A stretch of 64,000 nucleotides of DNA from the NCBI RefSeq assembly GCF_001194135.2, contig NC_068994.1:47313369-47377368 (forward strand), given 5' to 3'. The notes under the pieces are model-generated. The model was not told the origin of the DNA and ran no database searches. It was given only the letters and a program-made list of their open reading frames with translations. The stretch is from Octopus bimaculoides (Eukaryota). The position numbers were made by a program, and so were the translations under genes. Positions 38,426-52,627 of this stretch are shown here, piece after piece. Position 1 is the first letter of the stretch, and each line of letters starts with the position of its first letter.

Positions 38426-40129
38426 GCGCCCTTTTAGTAACTTATTAAAGAAAAACATGTTTTAAGTGTATGTAATTGTTGTAAGTTTTAATCCTTCTGT
38501 AGCCATATCTTTAATGACATTTACTGTACGCATGTATTAGTTTATTTTTAAATCAAGAATTTAAGTATTTAGTGACTAATCCTCTTATCCATTGTTAAGC
38601 TAGTGTACGGAACATAACTTGAAAGGTTTTTGCATAAGTGGTAGGAATAGTACTTTAAAGAGAATGATTCAGTTTTTTAGAACCAAGAACAGTCACAGCA
38701 GGGTTTGTATCAAAAGGGTTAGTATGTTATATATTCTCTCCCACATATAAAGCATTTATGAGCATTTGGGTATTGCAAAATAGAGATGGTATTAACAAAA
38801 GTATATCAATAATAGAGCTAAGGGAAAATACTTCAGGTGAGTTTTCTGTATATTAAATACAAGTACTGGGATGTCTTGAAACACTTCAACTGAGATTATT
38901 CAAGCAAACAGTAGAAAAAAAACTCCCTCTAGGCTTGCTTAAAATAAGGGTAATAACTCTAATAATATCAAATAAATGAAATTTTTGAAAAATATAGAAA
39001 ATGCAGTATGGGGGACTGGATACAGTCTTAACAAAAGTGTGTGTGAGTGTAATTGTTACAGTTTCTAATTTGTTTTATATGTCTTCTCTCTTTTAAATGT
39101 AATACTTAGATAAGAAAAACAAATTTCAGGATGATGAGGATGTTCACAATAGTTCAGTCGGTAAATGATCCAGACTAGATGTTACTGGCATTTACTTCTT
39201 TCTCTTTATGGCATCAGATCAAATCCTGTTGTTAATTTTTTTTCTTCCTTTTTTGTTCTTTCATTTTTCTGGATTTGATAAATTATGTAGCTGTAATATA
39301 CTGTGACTATAATGATTCTCAGCCTTGTGTCTGAGGAGGGAATCCTCCTCACCACCACCACTATCAGTATTATTAATGAAGGTGATGAGAGGGAAAATGT
39401 TAGCATGTTAAGTTTGCAGTATTTAGTTTTTCCTCCCTTTCCTCAGCTCAAAGCCTGCTGCAGTTGATTTTAACCATTGATCCCTACTGAGTTAATAAAA
39501 TAAATACAAGAATGTATTGGGATTGATGCAGTCAACTATAGCCAGCCCCCTTGAATTTATGAATTTAATATAAAATATTCAGCGTTATGGTCTTTAGTTA
39601 TATTTCTTGACATTTTTCAGTTTAAATCCTGCCGAAATTGACAATGTCTTTCAGCCAGCTGCAATTAATGAAATAAAGTATCAGTCAAGTACTTGTTTTG
39701 ATTCAATTGGCTGTTTCCTTCCTTCAAATCTGACCCCCTTGAGCCTCTGTTAGAAGTTTTTTTTTTCCTGATATTATAATTTCATGGAAGATTTTCACCA
39801 TCGCCAGATACACCTGTGTTTTTTTGTTTCTGTTCAGATATGAATCAGACATTATAACAGGTGTCACTAGATGCCAGTCAGCAGTGTATTTATTTGGATG
39901 TCTGTTTGTATGCATGTGTGTCTATACTTGTGTTCTGTGTGTGTGTGTGTGTGTATATGGTGTGCTGTGGAATTAAATGTAATGCAAACATCTTCCTGCT
40001 TTTTTTTTTTTTCACCCACCTCTGGTTGTGATGAAGATAATTATGTTGAGGGGGTAAAGATAGCGGTGGGGGTTGAGAATATCAATGACAAGAATGCCAG
40101 TGACAAGTATAACAACAATAGCAACAGTG

Positions 40130-40265
40130 AATGATTGCAATGACAGTGACGCCAGGCATGATGATATGATGACAACAGAGGATGATGAGATGGTGATGAC
40201 AACAACAGATGATGATGATGATGGTAGTGGTAGTGGTGGTGGTGGTGGCGATGATGATGATGAAT
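40130..40265. repeat. Compound (GAT)n/(GGT)n trinucleotide repeat
   Basis: Seen directly. Similar (CAC)n/(CAT)n at 45535-45975, (GGT)n at 1708-1752 and (TTA)n at 34210-34280. Confidence 0.9.
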
Positions 40266-40494
40266 CTTGTTTTTAAATTATCATCTTTGGAATTAAAGCT
40301 AAAACAAGCAAACAACTTCTGTTCTATTCTTGCTAGAAATTTCCTCCTGAAGAATCCAATTGTTAGCCATGACAGATTTTTCAAAGATGCTTTCTTTTCA
40401 CATCTGCTTGACATTTCACAATAGCAAACACAGTAAAGGTTAATGGTTTAGTTACTTGAACACATCCAAATAATAATAATAATTATAATAATAA

Positions 40495-40704
40495 TAATCC
40501 TTTCTGCTATAGGTACAAGGCTTGAAATTTGGAGGGGAGGGGTAAGTTGATTACATCAAGCCCAGTGCATAACTGGTATTTAATTTATCAACCCTAAAAG
40601 ATGAAAGGCAAAGTCAACCTTGGCAGAATTTGAACTCGGAGCATAGCGACAGGTGAAATATCGCTAAGCATTTCACCCGGTGTGTTAACAATTCTATCAA
40701 TAAC

Positions 40705-40740
<36 letters not shown>
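40495..40740 (-). mobile_element. Well-preserved SINE family B copy flanked by (AAT)n
   Basis: cccagtgcataactggtattt...aaagatgaaaggcaaagtcaaccttggcagaatttgaactcgg...gaaatatcgctaagcatttc. Confidence 0.85.
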
Positions 40741-40741
<1 letters not shown>

Positions 40742-41918
40742 TATAGGAGAATTTGGTGTTGAAAATGAACTTGTATTTGAAAATCTTGTAATTGTTTTTA
40801 AATAAATTTAATTACATACATGCAATATGACTGAACCTTTGGTGACTCATATTTTTTATATTATTGAATATTGTGAACATTTAAATCATATTTGATATTA
40901 TTGAATCTCTTAAACATTGAATCTTTTAAACATGTTTTTCTACTTCACAATTTTAAATCTTTACCATTGATAAGCAAAAAATTTTGTTGAAACTAGTTTG
41001 GTATATATGTAAATAAATTTATTTAAAAACAATTACAAGTTTTTCAAATTCAGGTACATTTTCAACAATAAATTTTCCTATATTATATATATGGCCTATT
41101 TCAGTGGTAAACTTAAACCATTGCCTGATTTAACAGCATCACTTGACATATTTGGTGCATTTTTATTAGTGTCCCTGTTGCAAGTACCTAAGCTAGGCTT
41201 CTGCTTTGAAGAATTGTTCCTTCCTCCCATCATTTATAGAAACCCCTGTAAAGAACCATGAACATTGCCTTCTTTCCCTACTAAAAGATAAAAAAAAATT
41301 ACTATAAACACAGTGAGATATTTTTTAATTATTTTATTGACAGGCAATTTATNNNNNNNNNNNNNNNNNNNNNNNNNNNNNNNNNNNNNNNNNNNNNNNN
41401 NNNNNNNNNNNNNNNNNNNNNNNNNNNNNNNNNNNNNNNNNNNNNNNNNNNNNNNNNNNNNNNNNNNNNNNNNNNNNNNNNNNNNNNNNNNNNNNNNNNN
41501 NNNNNNNNNNNNNNNNNNNNNNNNNNNNNNNNNNNNNNNNNNNNNNNNNNNNNNNNNNNNNNNNNNNNNNNNNNNNNNNNNNNNNNNNNNNNNNNNNNNN
41601 NNNNNNNNNNNNNNNNNNNNNNNNNNNNNNNNNNNNNNNNNNNNNNNNNNNNNNNNNNNNNNNNNNNNNNNNNNNNNNNNNNNNNNNNNNNNNNNNNNNN
41701 NNNNNNNNNNNNNNNNNNNNNNNNNNNNNNNNNNNNNNNNNNNNNNNNNNNNNNNNNNNNNNNNNNNNNNNNNNNNNNNNNNNNNNNNNNNNNNNNNNNN
41801 NNNNNNNNNNNNNNNNNNNNNNNNNNNNNNNNNNNNNNNNNNNNNNNNNNNNNNNNNNNNNNNNNNNNNNNNNNNNNNNNNNNNNNNNNNNNNNNNNNNN
41901 NNNNNNNNNNNNNNNNNN

Positions 41919-41974
<56 letters not shown>

Positions 41975-43464
41975 GGTGTGTTTGTATGTGTGTATGATAG
42001 AGGGAGAATTATAATACACATGCATGCACTTCACATGGCAAATCTTACCTCATCTACAGCTATGATGTGTACACGAAAAGTGGAATGGAAATTTAAGAAG
42101 ATTGAATTTCAAATACAAAGTAAATTTAGTCTTAGACACACTTACACACACACTTGTATGTAGATATGAATGTATGTATGTTTGTATGCATGTATGTGTG
42201 TATTATATATATATGTAAAATGATTAATCTGGTAGATTTTCTCCTTTTGCATGGTGTAGGTAAGTAGAGCTCAGGCAAGAGAATATTATGAAGAGCAGAC
42301 TGAAAGGATTGAAATCCATCTCTTTTTTTTTTTCCTCTCTAACAAAACCATTCACTAATTTCCTCTTGAAGGATAAGAAAACCTTTAGCCATGTCTTTGC
42401 TTGACCTACACAATATAGCAGCTAAATCTCTTAATGAACTGTTCAGTTAATTGAAAATAAGGACTGAAAGAGTAGCTAAGGAACCAACTATATAGACATG
42501 TGATCTGCCCAATGTACTTGGAAAATCTTTTTCAACAAACAAGACCCACAAGAGGTAGTAAGGAACTAAGGAACTTCCAACTTGGAAATGTAATCTGCTG
42601 AATGTAAGAAACAGTAGGCAAAACTCTCTACTGTATTTAAATTAGACCACAATAGATACTAAGGAAATGTTTATTTAGACATATGATCTTTCAATATAGG
42701 AACCAAATATATTTTTTAAAAAAACTCCTCCACTCTCTCTACTGTTTTAAAAATGGGACCAGATATTTCTATTTTAGTTTCAAACTTTAGCATTATGTGG
42801 TCCTCAAAGTTAGAATAGCTTGTGAAAGGCTAGAGTAATCCAGAGTGATGACAAAATAGTTGATGGTATCAATGGTGATGATGTTTGTGTTGCTAGTGGT
42901 GTCAACTGAAAGGATTAAACAATGAATGATTAGACTATCTGTTTGTGCTTTCCTCTGTGTGTGTGAATATTGCCTTTATGAAATATTTAGGTCACAAAAC
43001 AGATTATTAAAAATTAAGAGGGATAATGCAGATTTATCTATTTTATATATGTAATATATAATTTTTTATAAAGTCTTAATAAGTGTATAAAAGAGTAAGA
43101 GTCTGTGATAGTCATGCCACTTCCCTCCTTTAGAAGAAATAGAAGTTAAGACATAATCCATTTACTGATTGTACCACACTAAGGTACTTTTTAATGGCTA
43201 ATTGAACCTTCTCAGCACCAATTTACAGCTAATGCAACCAAACCAGGAAACAGGCCAGTGACAAAGCATCTATGTGGGTACTCAACCTGCTGGAAATAGT
43301 AGCTAAGTCTCAGTCATTGGAAATGGTAGATCAATGTATACTGCTTGAAACAAAAAAAGAAAAAGACAGGATAGTCAAGGCTTGAATTTCTTTAATTATA
43401 TATCTGCTGGATCAGAGATGACCTGACATTAGACAATAGCAGCAGCAACATCTAGTCAGTGAAA

Positions 43465-44537
43465 ATCCATGAAGCTCAGACAGCTCCTACCTCTGCTGGT
43501 AACAAAGGGCCTTTCACTCAGAGTGAAAGGTAGACTATATGATGCATGTAGGTGAACAGCCATGCTACACGGCAGTAAAACATGGGCTGTGACTGTTGAC
43601 GACATACATAGGCTTGAAAGAAATGAAGCTAGTATGATCCGCTGGATGTGTAATGTCAGTGTGCATACATGACAGAGCGTAAGCACCCTGAGAGAAATGT
43701 TGGACATAGGAAGCATCAGATGTGGTGTGCAAGAGAGACAACTGCGCTGGTATGGTCATATGCTGTGTATGAACGAGGAGAGCTGTGTGAAAAAGTGTCA
43801 CTCCCTAACAGTGGAAGGAACCCGTGGAAGAGGGAGACCCAGGCAGACATGGGATGAGGTGGTGAAGCACGACCTTCAAATGTTGGGCCTTACAGAGGCA
43901 ATGAAAAGAGACCAAGACCTTTGGAGATATACTGTGATTGAGAAGACCCAGCAAGTAAAGTGAGATCACAGCAGTGGCCGATGCCAGTGTTGCATAACCA
44001 GCCCATTTAAAAGTACCCTTGAATCACCGGGTGATATGCTGCACTTGAGAAGACCTGTTGAGTCAAGTAAAATCAAAATTGAAATCAAAATCAAAGTCTT
44101 AGTTGTGGCCGATGCCAGTTCTGCCTGACTGGTACCCATGCTGGTGGCATATAATAAGCACCATTCAAGCACGAGTCAATGCCAGTGCTGCTTGACTGGC
44201 TCCCCATGCACATGAAAAGCACCATCCGAACGTGGTTGATGCCAGTGCCCCCCAACTACCTCCTGTGCTGTGGCACATAAAAAGCACCATCCAAGTATAG
44301 TTGATGCCAGTGCCACCGAAGTGGTTCCTGTGCCAGTGGCACGTAAAAAGTACCTACTGCACTCTCAGAGTGGTTGGCGTTAGGAAGAAAATCCAGCTGT
44401 AGAAACCTTGCCAGATCAGATTGGAGCCTGGTGTAGCCTACTGGCTTGCCAGTCCTCAGTCAAACCATCCAACCCATGCCAGCATGGAAAATAGACGTTA
44501 AACAACGACGATGATGATGATGATGATGATGATGATA
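43465..44537 (+). mobile_element. 5'-truncated RTE-clade LINE: ORF C-terminus + 3' UTR + (GAT)n tail
   Basis: LLPLLVTKGLSLRVKGRLYDAC.*TAMLHGSKTWAV...RLERNEASMIRWMCNVSV...LRWYGHMLCMNEESCVKKCHSLTVEGTRGRGRPRQTWDEVVKHDL, stop at 43963. Internal stops are present. The 3' UTR has gatgccagt modules and the tail shared with 13400-13582. Confidence 0.9.
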
Positions 44538-45861
44538 ATGCCTGTTATAGAATATGAGCCATTACAATTTTGGACAAGTATACTCATTTTCTTTCTCCTT
44601 GACAAGCTGTAAGCTGAAATATTCTTAAATAAGATTATCTGGTAAGAAATTGTCCTGTAAAACCTAGTGGATCACCGGGTCACCATTGAAGCGTGTCATT
44701 TTATAGTGTTTTTGTGTATATGTATGTGTGTTTTTATGCATGTGTGTATATGTGCACATGAAGGCTAATGTGGTAGAATTGCTGCAAGTGGTAAATGAGG
44801 GGATAAGATTTTACTGGGAGTAGTTTTGAGTAGCTGAGAAATTTAATTTTTAATAAAGCATTTCCACTCTCTCTCTCCTCAGGGAGCTTATACTCAATCA
44901 CTCTACTGTGATGACCCAAACTGCCAGAAATAGCAGCCAAATTCCCCCACTCCATCCATCACATCCTGCATCTTAGAAAAAACATACATCAGTCAATATA
45001 GTCCTATATATATATATAGTCAAAACAAAAAATGGGACAAATCGCAGTTGGAACCACCTTTAAAAAAGGTTTGCTGAATTTGAGCTGATCATAGCTTAAA
45101 ATTAACACCTTACCACTTCTTTAAATGGGAATTACTTTTAACTCTTAAATATAGTTAATATATTCTTTCTTTCTTTTTTTTCCAATTTTACTTTCTTAAT
45201 TAAAGAGAAGGGATTTGTAAAAGAGAAATTGATAGAAAATCTAGTTTAACAAAGGATTATAGCAGCTGGATTAAGCTGAATCTAAATCTGTCATCAGTCT
45301 ATTGAAAAAGAACCTGTGGACTTATAATTACTTCTATGACTTTATGACAGATTAGTAATAGCAATACTAATACTACTAATAACAATAGTAATGATTGTTA
45401 TTAATATTTTTTTCTTTCATTGAAATTATTAAATATCGTGATAATGATAAATAGCAAATTTCATGATGATTATTATTATTATGTCTCTTGTCTTCCTCTG
45501 TTCAGCTTGTGAACTCTTTCTGGCCTTACAATCACCATCATCATGATGAACATCACCAACACTGTGCTAACCACCACCACCACCACCACCACNNNNNNNN
45601 NNNNNNNNNNNNNNNNNNNNNNNNNNNNNNNNNNNNNNNNNNNNNNNNNNNNNNNNNNNNNNNNNNNNNNNNNNNNNNNNNNNNNNNNNNNNNNNNNNNN
45701 NNNNNNNNNNNNNNNNNNNNNNNNNNNNNNNNNNNNNNNNNNNNNNNNNNNNNCTTCACCACCACCACCATCACCACCACCACCACCACCACCACCATCA
45801 CCACCACCACCACCACCATCATTATCATCAGCCTTTTAATATGATCATCTCCATTGCCACT

Positions 45862-45893
<32 letters not shown>

Positions 45894-47199
45894 GACCATT
45901 TCCATCTTTAGTAATGCCACTACCAGTACCATTTGCGCCACTAACACTAATCACACCACCACCACCACCACCACAACTCCTTCATTGCTATTACCACTTT
46001 TCTCATATTTTATTTCTTTTCTAATTTTTCTAGTAACCTTGATTTATCAGCAAAATATATGTTATGAACTAATTAATTTAATACATGAATTAAAAAAACT
46101 GAAAATGAAATCAATATGTTGACTTTATTAAAGTAAAGTATTGTGTTTAGTTACATCCTTTATATTCTGATTTCAAATCCTGCTGGGATCAACTTTGTCA
46201 TTTGATTATTGAGGTCAATTCAAGAAACAAATGTGCTCTGTTCCAAAATATAAGGTCTTGTGCCCATGTTATAAATCATCATTTTCTTCGTCTTTTTTTA
46301 AAATAATAATAAAAGCAATAATAATAATAATAATAATAATGATAATATTATTTCCTCTGATATTGAATAGTAACAAATACTGACAATGCAACAACTAGTC
46401 CCCTTGAGTAGGCATTGTAGAGTAATATTGTTCAACACAGCTTCCGGCCCCTGCTGGGTTAAATAAATTTTGAGAATATCTGTTACAAGGGCAAGAACTT
46501 ACATTAGAGTGTAAGCCATACTATGCTGTTTTGTACTTGTTTCTTGATTTTGTATACATTAGTGTTTTCATGGGTGAAAAAAAAAAAGATTGAGGTTGAG
46601 TGCCTGGCACCTAAAATGTCATCTGATGCTTGTAGCTTTCTACCAGTCAGGCAATGGGATCAGTGAATGTTCCACTTTAGCCATCTATAGAGGATTATTG
46701 GCAGCTAAGTATGACTTTCTCAGGGACTCTGGGCATTAACAAAAATGGATTGGTCAGTTTAAGAGGACTTTCTAGTTGTGTACTATCATGGATAATTTCC
46801 AGAAGTTCTTGGTATGGCAGTGCTCTCAAGGAGTGTGACTGGTTCAAGATAAACTCTACTAACATGCATGTGCTGTCAGATGGGCTTGTCTGAGATGTGC
46901 ACAGAGCAAGAAAACTGTTCTGCCTACACTCATTCAGTGTCTTGGCATTGTTGACTTGTGGAGTTATATCAAACAGCTGCTGTCACAAGTGGGACAGATC
47001 TGTCTATTGGCTAAATCCATAGTGATGATTGCCCTACAGCCTTTTAATCAGGCAGGTAAGCAACAGTTTTCCTTTGTCTGGTGGCCATGGCAAAAAAGGT
47101 TGTCTGATATATGAGGATAGACAGTACTTTTCAGTAGAGCCCTCATCAACCTTCTCTGGATAAATTTTCCATTTCTTTGAACAATACAATACTATCTTT

Positions 47200-49330
47200 T
47201 GGGAGTCACACTTAAATTAGGAGGCTTTCCTTTTCCTTAGTTTAAATTTTAACCTTTCTCCAATTTCTGTTGTTACTGCTTTTCCTTCATAACTATCTTT
47301 TGTTGCAATCTTTGTTTTATATTTGTTGGCTTCTATGAAAACAGAAGATGGTTTTCTGTTTTGTTCATGTTTCAATCTTTTCTTTCACTTGTGTGTACTA
47401 TCTAGTTCATTGATTCCTGAGTATTTATATATCTGTATTTATTTTAGTTCCCTTATCTCAGTTTCTGTATTTAGCATGGTATTAGTGTTCTTAATTAATT
47501 TTCCTCTCTTCAAGGTTGCCTAGGTACATTTTTCTTATTGAAATCTCATATCAATTTCTCTGGTAAATTCATAGACTGTCTGCAGTAGTGTTTCTTGTTA
47601 TACAGTTTGAAATCAACAACATGCAAAAGATGGTTGATTATCTTACCATAGTAATGTAACTACATGTCAGCTAAAAAGTACCAGTGCCAGATGGAAATTT
47701 TCACCTTTAATGGATGTTGAATTTATATAATGTTTCATTTATATAATTCCCATTTTTGTTTGCATCTGCAAAATTTTTGCCATTTATTTCTAACATGTTT
47801 TATCTATCTTTTTATTACTGGTGCTGCTTTACTCATGGCTAGTGCTTCCAGGATCCACTTGTGGTGACTACTATCAAAAGCTTTTTGATAGTGAATCTTT
47901 ACAGTGCTCAAACCCTTCTTTCTCCTTCAGTTATAACTTTGTTAATCAGTAATTGAGCTTTACAACCACATGAGCCTTTGCGGCATCCTTTCTGCTCTTC
48001 TGGAAATGTGTTTTGTTTTTGCTTTTTATTATTGAGATGCTTGTTCACTCTCTGCTATGCTATTGCAGTTAAGGCTTTGTGGGTCGTAGGAAGGCAGGTT
48101 ACAAGTCTATAGTTTTTAGGCTTTACTCTTTCATCACTCCAGAGGATTGAAATGGCTTTTCCTTCAGTAAGCCAGTCAAGTGTTGCTTCGAACTTCATTA
48201 GTATCTCATTAAAAACTTGTGCTTGCACTTTATGTGTCGGACGTTTGGTATCTTTTGTTTTAGTGCCTTCCAGTTATTTATTTATCTATTCATTTATTTA
48301 ATTTTGTAGTATATGGGCGATTTCTTTTGTGGTCATGACCTCCTGTGTTTATTTAGCTTCAGCATTCATTGTTTTATGCAATCTTGTCCATGGTGATCCC
48401 TTTGCTGCTGATGCAATTCCACCACCACCACCACCACCACCTCCACCACCCAATTCTTCAACTTCTGCTGTAGATTCTGTATTGATTTCTATTTTATGTT
48501 TATCAAGTTCTTGACAAAATCATTTTAGGGTAAAATTACAGTGTTTTGTTCAAAGAATCATTGTTTTCCATACTGAAGGATTCTTTGTGTTTGAAGCATT
48601 CTTTGATTTCAGATACATTTTTTTTTTTGTTATTTGTTATATTATATTGCTGTAGTATTTTTTTCTTTTGCTTTTAGTTTTGTCCTTTTGTTATTGATTT
48701 CATTAAGGATTGAAAGATCTTTTCACTTATTTTCTCTCTTTCTCTGAGTTGTTTGTCTGAGTCTTGATATTCCCATTTAAGTTGATCCGAGCGAAAAACC
48801 CAATTTCTTTTGTAACGGCAATGGCTGCTGCTTTTGTTATCTAATTTAGGCTTTTGATGTTAATGCATTTGTTTTAAGTCTCTTTTATTTATTGTTATTG
48901 TTATTTTATTAAGTCTTATTATTGGGAGATGAGTCTAATCATAGGAAATCTACTGTTTTTAATTCTTGAATTATTTCCAGCTTTAGGTTGTCATGGTCAT
49001 GACTTCCACCATTAGAATTTCCTATTCTTAACTCTTCCTCATATCCCCTTGTATTCATATTTTTGTTTATGTTGTTCTGGTTGGTATTTATGGTGGTCTA
49101 TATTATGGAAGTGTATAGAGTTTCAACTTACTGTGTTTTGTTTCATTTTCCATATGTTAGTTCTATCTTTTTGGTTTGTAGTCTCACTGTTTTAAGTTTT
49201 TATTAGTGGTTTTGTATTCATAACTTGTGTTTCATAAAGTATTCTTTCTTTCTTTCAAATATTCTATTTCAATTTCTGGGTTTTATACAAATATATTGTC
49301 CCATTTTCATTTTCTGGTTAGTTATACTGT
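47200..49330 (-). pseudogene. Fossil R4/Dong-clade reverse transcriptase ORF
   Basis: - strand motifs in the correct order: DLSILNEI (~48700), WLTEG (48161-48174), NYRLVTCLPTTHKALT (~48065-48113), EEQKGCRKGS (47971-48000), YQKAFDSSHHKWILEAL (~47830-47890), NHLLHVVDFKLY (decayed YMDD, ~47600-47645), ATLKRGKL and YKYSGINE (~47400-47520). Many stops and frameshifts. Confidence 0.85.
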
Positions 49331-50170
49331 AAAATATACATTCTGAATAAGAAATATATTCCTCTCACATCCATTTATGCTTTTCTGATTTATTCGTGAG
49401 ACTTGAGGAGTAAACCCAGGCCCTTATTTTTAAAATTGCCATCATTTTTCAAGGAATATTGGTTTATTTATTTCAGTTGGTGTCATATTGTGCAGGCATG
49501 ATCTATGTATGCAAAACATAGCACTTTAGATTCTACATATGCATTCTCCTAGAAATAGTCTTGGACTGAATAATTTTCTTTTTATTTGAATTGTCAATTT
49601 TGTGTGTGGTGAGAGTGTAATAAATTAGTCTTATGTTTATATGAACTGTGCTCTGATAGTTTGTTTACACATGGTGTGAGATCACCACATACTATGAACG
49701 TTTAAGACATTAGTTATATAGGGTAGTGATCAATAAATTTTTCAGTGTATTATGCAGTTATTCTCCAGCATTTTCATCAGTTTTCTCGATTGTATTTGTT
49801 GCTTTTTAATCATCATTATTGTATGTATTTTCAGAGTTATATACACATATATGTGTCTGTGTGTGCACACCCATTACGCTCTCATATACACTGTACACCT
49901 ACACATATATACATAACACACACATGCATGCACACACACACACATTTATACCTACACCTACACGTGTAACTGTTGTAGAAAGTTAGTTTAGGCTGTTTAA
50001 TACAAGTGTGTTCAGATTCTTTTATCACAAAGATAAAGTTGGTATTGAATATCTCCTCCTCTCAAATCTAACTTAAACACCTTGATAGCCTGAATATAAC
50101 ATTGTTGCATCATCTTACATTATGTTGATAAACACACACACACACACACACACACACCTGTGTATATGCA

Positions 50171-50225
<55 letters not shown>

Positions 50226-51005
50226 GTGCTTGATATGGCTGTGTTGATACAGCTGTGTATAATGTGTTCCCTCAGTTGGTTATCCCACCGCCTTTCTTTA
50301 CCCTTCTTATGTTATGACCTATTTGTTGTTACATCAAACACTCCATCCCCACCCCATACACATACCCTCCCCCCCATGCAGATAATAGTCCCCCCCCTCA
50401 TTCTTTGATAACAGTTATTAATACAACAGGCGTCTTTCCCGCATGCAACATAGATACACCTCGTGCCAAACATGCTCTGCTTCCACAAAGAAAGGATTTG
50501 CAAACATTATTACTTAAACAGGGATGACAACATATTCTCCCTTCATAATTAGATTGACCCATATTATTAGCTATCCAATAAAAGAACAAGGGCCTGGTGC
50601 TGTTATTGGTAGTGTCTTTGATTTCATTATTGGTTTCAGGCAAAGTCAGTTCTGTCAAGGTGAGAGGTGTTGGTACACCGTGAGGGAAATTATCTAACCT
50701 CTGATGTTGTACACATCACCAAAGAATGAGGGACTATAAGGCATCTGATAAGAAATTCCCCTCTCTGTCATCAAGGATTCCTCACTTGCTGTCTCTTGAA
50801 AAAACAAAAACTTTAGCTATGTTTCTTACACTCACATACATGTTTATTAGCTGCACTCCTCTCCCAAAAACTGAAGACCGTCTATCTGGTAAACCTCCAT
50901 TTATCAACATGCTACAACCACTCTCAGTGATTCTCAATTGTTTTGATTTCATGGTACACTAGAGATCAAGCTAACAATTATTGGTGCATTTTACATTGGT
51001 ATATA

Positions 51006-51047
<42 letters not shown>

Positions 51048-51049
51048 TA

Positions 51050-51628
51050 TATTTAACAGGCTTCTTTCAGTTTCTGTCTACCAAATCTGCTGAGAAAGCT
51101 TTTGTCAGCCTCAGGCTATAGTAGAAGACACTTGCCCAAAGTGCCATGCAGTGGGACTGAACCCAGAACCATGTGGTTGGGAAGCAAGCTTCTTACTACA
51201 CACCCACTCCTGCACCTATTGTATGTATATATATATATATATATATATATTCTTTTATTCTTTTACTTGTTTCAGTCAGTTGACTGTGGCCATGCTGGAG
51301 CACCGCCTTGAAGACTTTTAGTCAAACAAATTGACCCCAAGACTTTTTAAAGCCTAGTAAAAGCCGTCTCTTTTGCTGAACTGCTAAGTTACGGGGACAT
51401 AAACATAACAATACCAGCTGTCAAGCAGTGATGGTGGGACAAACACACACACACACACACATATATAGGACACGCTTCTTTCAGACTCCGTCTACCAAAT
51501 CCACTCTCAAGGCTTTGGTTGGCCAAAGACTAGTTGAAGACACTTGTCCAAGGTGCCACATAGTGGGACTGGACCTGGAACCATGTGTTGAGAAGCAAAC
51601 TTCTTACCACACAGCCATGCCTGTGCCT
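51050..51628 (-). mobile_element. Two tandem SINE family A copies (5' half at 51050-51215; near full length at 51250-51628)
   Basis: Reverse complement of the family A consensus, including cttttacttgtttcagtc...ggccatgctggagcaccgcc and accatgtg...cacagccatgcctgtg. Confidence 0.85.
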
Positions 51629-52627
51629 ACACCATCAGCGGTTTTACATTTGTTTGTACTTTCGATGGATGAATTGGATGAAAGTTTTTTGCAGAATTGC
51701 TTTACAGTTGAATGACCTTTATGATTCTAACCCATTTGGTCACCTCTCATGACATGCAGGGATACACTTGGTACAAATTATACAAATGGTGTTTCCATTA
51801 TAGATTACACTTTCCATTTTGTTCCATAGTCAATTGCCTTATAGATAAATGGTTTGTGTAACAGAGTATGTCTTTGGTTTTTTTTCCCATAGTTAAGATA
51901 ACATTTGTTTAAAGTTTTACATATGTTAACTACAGCAAAATGATAAAGATATAATTACATAATGATAAAATAAAAGTCAAAATAATCTTTGTCTGTGCTT
52001 TATTATCTACAATTCTACTATGATGCATATCTATTTTTTCTGATATGTTTAGAAATTTTAGATTTTACTTTGAACTACAGATATTTTTTTTTTCATTAAA
52101 TATTCGTTTGAAAATTTCCTTGAGAAAAATGGTAGAATTCAAAGATGATATTTATCATTTATAAAAACTTCTGAATTTTGGTGAAATGTTTTAAAGTCTT
52201 GGGGAAAAAAATAAATTACAATATTAAAGAAGTAAGAATAAATTAAAAAATTTAATTGCAATGAATTCAGAGAAATAGTTCCTTTTTTTTTTTAATTCAT
52301 TTTATTTTTAAAGAACTTTTTATTTCAACTGCTCTATGTTGATGAGTCAAAGCTATAAAATCATACTCCACCCAAAACTGTTAGTATTGGTATGTCCATT
52401 AACTGCAGTAGTATCTTTGTAACTTAGCAACATGTAAAAAACAAACATACATTCAAAATACCATGTATAGGTGGTAGGGAGAGGTTAACAACATATTCCA
52501 CCTGTGACGATCCTCTCCACAGACTATTACCTTTCAAGGTTACACCAAAAGTTATGGTGACACCTAACTGCTTCTTAGCATGAAAATTAAAGAGAAAAGA
52601 AAAACAAGATCTTAATTAAACCATAAT

